In this document: piece after piece, positions 56,896-64,000 of the stretch | Position numbering within the stretch: the stretch's first letter is position 1 | Layout of the letters: each line of letters opens with the position of its first letter | NCBI GenBank assembly: GCA_028717685.1 | Contig: JAQUNI010000001.1 | Span: 481,094 to 545,093 of the forward strand | Reading direction: 5' to 3' | DNA length: 64,000 nt | From: Patescibacteria group bacterium | GTDB taxonomy: Bacteria > Patescibacteriota > JAQUNI01 | Position numbers and translations under genes: made by a program | Notes under the pieces: generated by a model | The model's input: only the letters and a program-made list of their open reading frames with translations | Databases searched by the model: none | Told to the model about the DNA's origin: nothing

Positions 56896-58194
56896 TTATT
56901 TAATAAATTTACTTTGTATGATTTTTATTAACTCCTTTTTAAAAATATCAAAAGCGGAGATTAAACCAATATTTTTATAATTGATAAAATGTTGTTTTAA
57001 AAATGTGAATTCCACTAAATCGAATTTACCTTGGCTAAGGCGATCAAGCAAAATAAAGGTTTGCTTTAAATCAAGATTCTCTTGTTTTATTAAGGCATTG
57101 ATTTCTTTTAAACCAAAAAAATAAAGACTGTCATGGTAATTGGCGCCTTTAACTGCGCTTGACCGCAAGCCTCTCTTGGCGCGCAGGGTTAAGTCCCATG
57201 CCAGGTCGTTATTGATATTCAATTTAGTTAAAGTGATAAACGTTTGATAAAAAGATTTCTTTCGGGCTAGTAAAATAGTTTTAAGGCGCAGATGGGGAAT
57301 AAGGCTTTCACGACGGCTGCGTGCTTGAGGCGTTAAGAACTTTTGCAGTTCTTGATAAGCCAGTTCGCCTATTTTTACAGCAATGCCCTCTTCTTTCCTA
57401 ACGCTCGCGCTAGAGTTGTGGCGGGCGAAAAAAGCAGGATATTTCCGGGCGTTAGTAGAGATTAAAGCGTGGCCCAGGACTTCATGGGCTAGGCTGCGGA
57501 TGATCCTGGCGGGTGAACGCAAGGTACAAATCCCGACTTTAATATTTTTTCTGCTCGTGATAATTCCCTGGAGACGGCTATCTATCGCCGAGATTTTTGC
57601 CCTGTGTTTTAAACCTAGTTTAGAAAGGATTTTTTGCGCGAAATAGACAGTTTCATAGGCCTCAATAATTTCTTGTTTATTACGGGGGAATGACAATTTA
57701 GCAGGGAGTCCTGAATGCTTTATTTTTTTAAATTCATAATATTCTCTGCTCGCTAGTGAAAAGCCTTTCTTTTGGCTCAAAGAATTAAGAATAATCGCCT
57801 TCTCGGCATCAAAGATGCGGCGTTGGTAAATCTGACCTAGGGCTGACTTGTCACTCTCTACCTCCCGCCGGAAAGCGTTTAATTTTTTAACTAGGGCAGC
57901 TGCTTTATCAAAAGTGAGGGGAGAGCTTTTTTTGTAGTGAAATGCGGGATTATAGATTTTGTTTTCATAAAGCGCGCGAAAGAATTTTTTTTGTTCACTC
58001 AATTCATTGGTAATCGCGTGGAGGGAATAGGTTTTAGTGAATTTTTGGGCTAGAGATTTTAGTCTTTGGTGGTATTCCCTGTCTTTTTGACGACTGTATT
58101 GGTTCGCGGTAATAATTTGAGGAATTTTCCCCTTGTTGATCTTAATATATTCTTTCACCCATCGCAGATAAGATTTAGAGTCAAAGTGGGTCAT
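56896..58194 (-). CDS. DUF1704-like (QEGLA-motif family) protein with HExxH zinc-peptidase-like motif
   Basis: LAHEVLGHAL (HExxH) followed about 25 aa later by EEGIAVKIGE (QEGLA-type motif); about 430 aa as in this family. Confidence 0.55.
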   Translation of the reverse strand: MTHFDSKSYLRWVKEYIKINKGKIPQIITANQYSRQKDREYHQRLKSLAQKFTKTYSLHAITNELSEQKKFFRALYENKIYNPAFHYKKSSPLTFDKAAALVKKLNAFRREVESDKSALGQIYQRRIFDAEKAIILNSLSQKKGFSLASREYYEFKKIKHSGLPAKLSFPRNKQEIIEAYETVYFAQKILSKLGLKHRAKISAIDSRLQGIITSRKNIKVGICTLRSPARIIRSLAHEVLGHALISTNARKYPAFFARHNSSASVRKEEGIAVKIGELAYQELQKFLTPQARSRRESLIPHLRLKTILLARKKSFYQTFITLTKLNINNDLAWDLTLRAKRGLRSSAVKGANYHDSLYFFGLKEINALIKQENLDLKQTFILLDRLSQGKFDLVEFTFLKQHFINYKNIGLISAFDIFKKELIKIIQSKFIK

Positions 58195-58234
58195 TGATTT
58201 TAAGTGAATTTTAACTGCGTATAGCTCCTCTAAC

Positions 58235-59650
58235 TTAATGCGTTTTAGCTATTTTATGCGGATCAACCAAAAATCTTTTTAAATCTTTGCGGCCAATAAT
58301 CATTGGATATTTTAAATGCCTTCGTTTGACAATGGAAACAGCGGTTTTTACTTTCATGCCCGCCAGCACAAAGGTTAAAGGAACCATTACGCGATAGGTA
58401 GTGCCATGGGCGGAATGGATAATAATTGTGTTTACTATTTCTTTGTAATTGCTCAACACCTCTTCCTCAACCTCCTGGGCTATTATTTTTGCCTGCTCGG
58501 GCGAAAGGGGAGTATTAAAATGGTATTTTCCAATCGCTTCCAGGGCGTTGTCAAAACCTAAAATACGGGCAAGCTCGGTGCTAATTGAACTATAGCCCGC
58601 TCCCGTATCAATTTTAGCTTGGATTTGATATTGTTCTCCATTTTTGGTAAAAAGAATAATTGGTTCGCTGGAACCCACGATATATTTACCGCCTTTTTCA
58701 TCTCTTTTGGCTTCTTCTATATCACCACCAAAGAGTTCTTGCGCGATGCGGATGCCTTTTTCTGCGGTTTTAATTTTTAAGCCCCGCACCCTTTCCAATC
58801 TTTCTTTCAAAGGGGAGAGATTGGCGATTTGGATAGAAAGACCGGGCCTAGCATTTACTTCAAGGAGCACCGGGCCTCGATCGCGATCCAGAACTATATC
58901 TGCCCCTAGATACCCTAATCCTGAAGCAATCTGCGCTTCTACAGCGAGCTTTAAGATTTGTTTCCAGTGGGGAATTTTGATGTTTGAGAGCGCGCGATTG
59001 GTGCCAGGGATATTTTTTAACACTTGGTCATCTTGGATTGCGGTTGTGGTCATGCCCGTGGCAATATCAATACCCACCCCAATACCCCCAAGATGAAGAT
59101 TGGCTTTGCCTTCGGAACGCCGCGTGGGCAGGCGAAGCATTGCCATTAAAGGCATTTTATTGTAGATGATAATGCGGACATCAGGCGTGCCGCGGTAGCA
59201 TAAGCGGCGGAATTTTTTAGTTTTTTTGAGTCTTTCCTCAAAGAAGGCGATATCCGGATCGCCAGAAATAGAATAACGTCCGTCCAAAATATCTTGAATA
59301 TGAGCTTTAAAATCGGCAATTGTGGCTTCTCCCCCCGATGATTTAATCCAGTTGCTGTTTTTTTTGCGGCCATAGATTACCATAATTCCACCTCCCCCTA
59401 AACCCATATTGGGTTTTAACACAAAACTGGAGGGAAGAGTCTCCCAAGAGAAATGGTCTAGATCAGTGCGGTTCGCGATGACGCCGTATAATTTTGGTAC
59501 GGGAATGCCCACCTTCTGCAGAATATGTTTGGTTTTTAGTTTGTTATTCGCGAGCCGAATCGCGCGGCGGTTGTTACTCGGACGAATATAGTCAAAATTG
59601 CGGGCATTCATACCTAAGATACTTTGAGCAGTTTTAAGATATTGAAACAT
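58235..59650 (-). CDS. RimK-like (alpha-L-glutamate ligase-related) ATP-grasp fused to C-terminal retropepsin-like 'ATP-dependent zinc protease' domain
   Basis: Central ATP-grasp blocks (KPNMGLGGGGIMV, GADIVLDRDRGPVLLEVNARPG); C-terminal DTGA aspartyl-protease motif (KIDTGAGYSSI). Confidence 0.6.
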   Translation of the reverse strand: MFQYLKTAQSILGMNARNFDYIRPSNNRRAIRLANNKLKTKHILQKVGIPVPKLYGVIANRTDLDHFSWETLPSSFVLKPNMGLGGGGIMVIYGRKKNSNWIKSSGGEATIADFKAHIQDILDGRYSISGDPDIAFFEERLKKTKKFRRLCYRGTPDVRIIIYNKMPLMAMLRLPTRRSEGKANLHLGGIGVGIDIATGMTTTAIQDDQVLKNIPGTNRALSNIKIPHWKQILKLAVEAQIASGLGYLGADIVLDRDRGPVLLEVNARPGLSIQIANLSPLKERLERVRGLKIKTAEKGIRIAQELFGGDIEEAKRDEKGGKYIVGSSEPIILFTKNGEQYQIQAKIDTGAGYSSISTELARILGFDNALEAIGKYHFNTPLSPEQAKIIAQEVEEEVLSNYKEIVNTIIIHSAHGTTYRVMVPLTFVLAGMKVKTAVSIVKRRHLKYPMIIGRKDLKRFLVDPHKIAKTH

Positions 59651-59787
59651 AGGTAAAATTTTAAATTTTCAAGCACCAATTTTCAATGAAATCAAAAAGC
59701 ACCAAATTCCAAACAAAACATTTTTTGTTTGGTTGAAAATTGGAATTTGGAACTTCATTGCAATTTGAAAATTGAAAATTAGAAATT

Positions 59788-61365
59788 TTATTTTCCTTCT
59801 TCTTTTTTCTTTTGTATTATTGCCTTTATAACTTTCCGAAAGCGGAAGTATTCCGAGACGCGCAGCCCTGTCCATCGTCCTAAAGCAAGATTCAAGACGA
59901 TGGTTAAAAAGATAAGCTCGGGATAAGCAATAATGAGCGTGCGCAAGGTTTGCCAAGTGACAATAAAATAACAAATAATGGAGAGAATTAAAGTTTCCAG
60001 AGTTAATTTAATCGCCGTGCGTGCGCCTTTATCCACTTGGACGTTTACAAACTGCTCTACTAATATAATCATAATTAACATCGGAAAGATGGAAACGGCG
60101 ATGAGGCCGGTGCGACCGTGATAAGCGCCTTCAGCAAGCATCGCCAGAATCGCGATACTGACTAAAGTCAAAACAATCGCAATACGGGGCAGATGGAGCA
60201 TTTTAATTTTCTGCAGTATGAGACGCATTAGGGTGCCAAAGATGAGAATTAAAAGGAAGATCGCCAGTCCGTATTTTAAACCCGTAGCCACAAAGGAGAG
60301 AGCTACCACAGAAGGGATATAAATACCAAAGGCTTTAATCCCTAAAATCTGACGGGCAAAGGCAATGATGGTGGCGACCAAAGGGAGCATCAGGATAAGC
60401 AGAATCGTATTGGTAGGTACGCCCTTGTTAATCATAAAGTTCACCGCATAGGAAGCAAAGTTCCAAGGCGCGAGTTTATTCAATGTTCTTTGGCTATGGA
60501 CACCCACAGTTTTAAATTCGATTCCCTGTGTGCGTAAGGCAGGGATAATATTTTGGGGAGTGCGCGCTTCGATGATAAAGGTTAATGCCTCCTTGTGGGT
60601 TAAAAGCACCACTTCCGGCTTTAAAATATCAAAAGTGCTCTGTGCTACTCGGGAAGCGATGCCAAAACCTTTGTCCGTAATTGCCACAATCGTTTTATTA
60701 TTAAAACTTAAGTCTTCAATCTTTTCAGTTTGTTGGCCAAGCTTAGCGAGCGCCTCTAGTCCCGCCAAGGAAGAAGTCCAGCTGATAATGATATTAGATT
60801 TTTTCAAGTCGGCGGAGGATTCCGCGAGTTTGCGGGTTAATTTTTCCAAGCCCGTGTATTCCGCCTCGCTAGGTTCATATTGGATTGGAATAATTAAAAT
60901 TCCTTTTTGCGCCGCGTATTGGGTCAGAGATTTAAGTTCTGGATCGTCTAAGGTCTTGTCCGTGATCATTACCAGGAGATCATTATAGACAGTGACAAAG
61001 ATTTCATCTTCGGATTCCAGCTCGCCAGCGGTCATTTTTAGTTTAATGCGATAGTTGCCTGGTTCATTATAGATATGGATTACATCCACGCCTTCTTCCT
61101 TTTCACCATCGCCAAAATTCCATTCATAGTTTACTTCTAAATCCTCCGGAATTACCGTTGATCCCGACGCGTCAAAAAGCACCTTTCTTTGGGTCGCCAC
61201 ATTTTGATCCTTGCCGGCATTGGCTTTGATTTGGGGTGCAATCTGGATAGGTAGGATTTGATTTTGGTTTTGCAGGGGCGCGGTCTCTTGCGCCAGAGCA
61301 GCATTGGCGATTAAGGAGACTGCCGTGACGGTCAAGAATATAGCGAAAGATAAATTTTTGGTCAT
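59788..61365 (-). CDS. secreted/periplasmic-domain + 7TM membrane protein (7TM-inactive-transglutaminase-like architecture)
   Basis: Signal peptide, about 300 aa soluble domain, then 7 hydrophobic helices at C-terminus; co-occurrence with RimK-like ATP-grasp/DUF1704 is the basis for the family guess. Confidence 0.4.
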   Translation of the reverse strand: MTKNLSFAIFLTVTAVSLIANAALAQETAPLQNQNQILPIQIAPQIKANAGKDQNVATQRKVLFDASGSTVIPEDLEVNYEWNFGDGEKEEGVDVIHIYNEPGNYRIKLKMTAGELESEDEIFVTVYNDLLVMITDKTLDDPELKSLTQYAAQKGILIIPIQYEPSEAEYTGLEKLTRKLAESSADLKKSNIIISWTSSLAGLEALAKLGQQTEKIEDLSFNNKTIVAITDKGFGIASRVAQSTFDILKPEVVLLTHKEALTFIIEARTPQNIIPALRTQGIEFKTVGVHSQRTLNKLAPWNFASYAVNFMINKGVPTNTILLILMLPLVATIIAFARQILGIKAFGIYIPSVVALSFVATGLKYGLAIFLLILIFGTLMRLILQKIKMLHLPRIAIVLTLVSIAILAMLAEGAYHGRTGLIAVSIFPMLIMIILVEQFVNVQVDKGARTAIKLTLETLILSIICYFIVTWQTLRTLIIAYPELIFLTIVLNLALGRWTGLRVSEYFRFRKVIKAIIQKKKEEGK

Positions 61366-61554
61366 AAAGTTTGACTAAATTTAATTTGTGTTTTCTAAAC
61401 AATTGTATTTTAACTTAAATTGAGGCAAGAGGCAAGACAGGAATCGGGAATCAGGAAGCAGGAATTATGAATTGGGAATAAGGAGGAAAAAAATAAAAAA
61501 GCGCTATTAGATTATAGCACTTATATTTATTTCTGGATTCTAGTTTCTGGCTTT

Positions 61555-62025
61555 TCACCTCACCGAATTTGCGGCGCAGACGGCGCAGGCGAGAGCGTCA
61601 GCCGCGTCATCTGGTTTTGGGATTTCCTTTAGATTAAGCAGTATTTTTACCATTTTTTGGACCTGCTCTTTGCCGGCACGCCCATAACAAGCAACCGCTT
61701 GTTTTACTTGCAAGGGAGTGGCGTCAAAAACCGGAATCTTGTTCTGTTCCGCGCAAAGCAAAATAACGCCTCTTGCGTGCCCCACTATGATTGCGGTTTT
61801 TGTATTTTTAAAGAAGAAAACCTGCTCGCAAGCCAAAAGATCGGGTTTGCTTTTTTTAATTATTTTGTTTATTTCCTTGTAAATCGTGGCAAGCCGCATA
61901 GGCAGATCTTGCTTGGCTGGCGTAGAGATTATGCCATATTTAATTAAAGTCAATCTATTTTTGTCTTTTCCTATTAAACCATATCCAGTAGTCGCAGTGC
62001 CGGGGTCAATGCCGAGGATAATCAT
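61555..62025 (-). CDS. ruvC: crossover junction endodeoxyribonuclease RuvC
   Basis: MIILGIDPGTATTGYG... RNase H-fold catalytic D; 156 aa. Confidence 0.9.
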   Translation of the reverse strand: MIILGIDPGTATTGYGLIGKDKNRLTLIKYGIISTPAKQDLPMRLATIYKEINKIIKKSKPDLLACEQVFFFKNTKTAIIVGHARGVILLCAEQNKIPVFDATPLQVKQAVACYGRAGKEQVQKMVKILLNLKEIPKPDDAADALACAVCAANSVR

Positions 62026-62108
62026 ATTTTAGTAATCAGTAATTGGTAATCGGTAATTAGTAATTTTTATCGGCCGCAGGTCGATTTGTACTAATTACTA
62101 GTTACTGA

Positions 62109-62825
62109 TTACGGATTACTTTTTAGATTTGTGTAAATCTCCTGCACATCATCGTGCTCTTCTAAAGCATTCAGTAATTTTTCCACCCTGGAAACATCAA
62201 TGGCAACAGTATTTTTAGGCGCGAATCCGAGCTCCGCGGATTCAATTTTTATTTGCAGGGCGTCTAGTTTTTCTTTGACTTTTTGAAGGTCTTGGGGCGC
62301 GGTATAAATTAAGGTCTCGTTATTTTCAATTTTGATATCTTCAGCGCCGGCTTCAATTACCGCGAGTTCCTGTTCCTCGGATAATTTGCATGCTCCTAAA
62401 TCAATAATGCCGCAAGGCGTAAATTGCCAAGAAAGAGAACCGCTTTCTCCAAATTTGCCGCCGTTTTTAGTGAGGATATTTTTAATCTCGGAAAGGGTGC
62501 GGTTTTTGTTATCGGTGGCGGTTTTAATGATAATCGCCAAGCCCTCGGGTCCCACAGCCCCATAGGTTGCCTCCTCAATTTGACCTTCTGCTCCCTCGCC
62601 CGTCCCGCGCTTTACTGCTTTTTCAACTGTTACTTGCGGCATATTCGCTTGTTTGGCTTTTTCTAAAGCAAGGCGCAGTTTAAAATTCATCATTGGATCG
62701 CCGCCGCCGCCCTCTTTGGCCGCGATCGCGATCATACGGCCGATTTTAGTAAAAATTTTGCCTCGTTTTTGATCCGCGGCTCCCTTTTGGTGTTTAATTG
62801 TGGCCCATTTAGAATGACCGGACAT
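62109..62825 (-). CDS. YebC/PmpR-family probable transcriptional regulator
   Basis: MSGHSKWATIKHQKGAADQKRGKIF signature; true start at MSGHSKW (ORF-track start too far upstream). Confidence 0.85.
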   Translation of the reverse strand: MSGHSKWATIKHQKGAADQKRGKIFTKIGRMIAIAAKEGGGGDPMMNFKLRLALEKAKQANMPQVTVEKAVKRGTGEGAEGQIEEATYGAVGPEGLAIIIKTATDNKNRTLSEIKNILTKNGGKFGESGSLSWQFTPCGIIDLGACKLSEEQELAVIEAGAEDIKIENNETLIYTAPQDLQKVKEKLDALQIKIESAELGFAPKNTVAIDVSRVEKLLNALEEHDDVQEIYTNLKSNP

Positions 62826-62960
62826 ATAGTTAGAATCTAGAATCTGGAATTTGGAATCTAGAATCAAGAATAATGTGATATAAGTATTGTAGCGGAAAGA
62901 GGGGAGAATTTCAATCTTTAATTTGGGCAAGAAAAAAACCACAAGATGTGCTTGTGGTAT

Positions 62961-63482
62961 TTAATTATACGACATTAAGTAAGGAATTTCTGTAACCCCG
63001 CTGCCATCAGTGAGTGGTAGAATAATGGTAACTAAATTTTGTGCCTGGAAAAGCGTCCTCGTTTCACGTTTTAGTTTGGTAATTTTGAAGCCCTGACGCA
63101 AAGCAATTTTTTCTTTACGGTCTATTTTCGGATTGGCATCAAAAATCAAAGTTATTAACGTGGGCAAGAGCAGATTCACAGTTTTTGCTAATCTTTGCAA
63201 TTTAGAGTTTTTTTCTACTTTGAACTGGAAATCTGCGTCGCTAAGAGCACTTTTATCAATGTTGGTTAGAATTTCCTCAATGATGGTTTGTTTTCTGTCA
63301 ATCAAAGTAAAGAGCTTTTTCTGCTCGTCATTCATCTCTCCCACTTCTTCCTCAAGTTTGGGGTTCTGGGGGTATCTTGGTTCAATGTAGTCTTGGGGTT
63401 CAATTTTTTGAAATTTCGTCCAAAGCCGTAGTTTCTTAAATAACAATTCCAGGTTTAACTCTCCGTTCGTTTGTTCTGACAT
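62961..63482 (-). CDS. hypothetical protein
   Basis: 173 aa ORF with RBS-like ggaggt upstream; no motif recognised. Confidence 0.35.
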   Translation of the reverse strand: MSEQTNGELNLELLFKKLRLWTKFQKIEPQDYIEPRYPQNPKLEEEVGEMNDEQKKLFTLIDRKQTIIEEILTNIDKSALSDADFQFKVEKNSKLQRLAKTVNLLLPTLITLIFDANPKIDRKEKIALRQGFKITKLKRETRTLFQAQNLVTIILPLTDGSGVTEIPYLMSYN

Positions 63483-63519
63483 TTTGTACCTCCAGCTGGT
63501 GTTTTTTTGCGTTTAATGT

Positions 63520-64000
63520 TCAAGCGGATTTAATAAAGGAGCAATTTTCATTTTTACAGTATTTTTTGATTTTTGTCAAATAAAAAATGAAGAAAAATAA
63601 GAAGACAGGGGAGTAATAAAAATACATATTGGGTCCGGTTTGGGGCAAAATTTTTTGCTGATTTGGCTGAGTTTGATTTTCTGGGGTTTTTGGTCTTGTG
63701 ATTTTTGCGGCTAAAATTTGCGGAAACCCATTATCCTTACCAGGAGTCGGATTATCTGTCCATTGCCAATGATCCACATTTTGACGGCTGTAAGATTGTC
63801 CTTCTTTAGCTTTGCTATATTTAATTTCATCAACTGCCTGACCTAAAGGGTTTAGAAGCCGCACACAATCGCCATTGTTGTTTAAAGATATTTTAGTTTC
63901 TTTGTAGTAAAGGACGAGATAAGAATTGGCTTTAATTTTAGTGTTTTCGGGAAAGGTGTGCGGCTTGGAGCCCGCGCTTTCGCAATCATCAATCTGCCAA
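63520..64000 (-). CDS. partial (5'-truncated by window edge) lamin-tail-domain surface protein ending in LPQTG sortase sorting signal
   Basis: Reading frame open to window end; LTD-like block (SYLVLYYKE...NNNGDCVRLLNPLGQAVDEIKY); C-terminus LPQTG + hydrophobic stretch + basic tail. Confidence 0.55.
   Translation of the reverse strand, partial: WQIDDCESAGSKPHTFPENTKIKANSYLVLYYKETKISLNNNGDCVRLLNPLGQAVDEIKYSKAKEGQSYSRQNVDHWQWTDNPTPGKDNGFPQILAAKITRPKTPENQTQPNQQKILPQTGPNMYFYYSPVFLFFFIFYLTKIKKYCKNENCSFIKSA

Noticed and set aside
62826-62942. Extended N-terminus of the YebC-family ORF and of rpmH (40981-41082)
   Set aside because: The conserved family N-termini (MSGHSKW; MKRTYQP) start internally. 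The upstream extensions have no conservation and overlap spacer repeats.

Overview
This 64 kb window reads as a Candidate Phyla Radiation (Patescibacteria/Parcubacteria-like) chromosome segment spanning the replication origin. That placement is an inference from low GC, tiny genes, an intron-bearing unlinked 23S rRNA, pilin arrays and an LPXTG substrate. What it holds, in order:

- **tRNAs and partial copies (1-2.8 kb):** tRNA-Val(GAC), tRNA-Leu(GAG), tRNA-Val(TAC) and tRNA-Ile(GAT), interleaved with rluD, rplS and a CsaA-like tRNA-binding protein. Each tRNA-Val is followed by a degenerate partial copy of itself carrying a shared 'gtgcggggtgaa' leader.
- **rRNA (5.0-11.1 kb):** A sigma70-type promoter drives a 23S rRNA of about 5.05 kb with six hairpin-flanked expansion segments and two ORF-less group I-like introns at classical homing sites, then a 5S rRNA and terminator. 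No 16S is in the window.
- **Small accessory island (12.3-15.9 kb):** After tRNA-Ser(CGA) come an NDT/DNPH1-like protein, a degenerate Nudix-like protein, two tandem acidic paralogs and an IMPase-family gene, separated by alternating conserved intergenic elements.
- **Surface proteins (16.0-20.0 kb):** Two tandem beta-propeller surface-protein paralogs.
- **Metabolic genes (20.1-24.1 kb):** A membrane-fused spermidine synthase, galU and an orphan ABC solute-binding protein.
- **Pilin array (24.2-31.0 kb):** Seven VirB2/TrbC-like two-TM pilin paralogs, including a 1239 aa pilin-adhesin fusion and Cys-rich variants, ending at a terminator and tRNA-Leu(TAG).
- **Glycan cluster (31.3-37.9 kb):** Two O-antigen-ligase-like genes, a GT4, a GT2 and a Wzx-like flippase.
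- **Origin neighbourhood (38.0-46.3 kb):** rpmH-rnpA-yidD-yidC-jag on the minus strand and dnaA-oriC-dnaN-recF-DUF721 on the plus strand.
- **Core genes (46.3-51.0 kb):** PBP1A, a NifU-like protein and tyrS.
- **Long minus-strand operon (51.1-61.4 kb):** ROK kinase, a GT4-glycosidase fusion, GH130, then a four-gene ATP-grasp / DUF1704 HExxH / RimK-like ATP-grasp-retropepsin / 7TM cluster that looks like a predicted peptide-ligase system.
- **Window end (61.5-64.0 kb):** ruvC, yebC, a hypothetical, and a partial lamin-tail-domain protein with an LPXTG sorting signal.

Intergenic DNA is unusually rich in small palindromic repeat families, such as CCCCGTTAGA...TCTAACGGGG, and in imperfect hairpins built from short oligonucleotide 'words'. 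No transposase, integrase or CRISPR array was seen.
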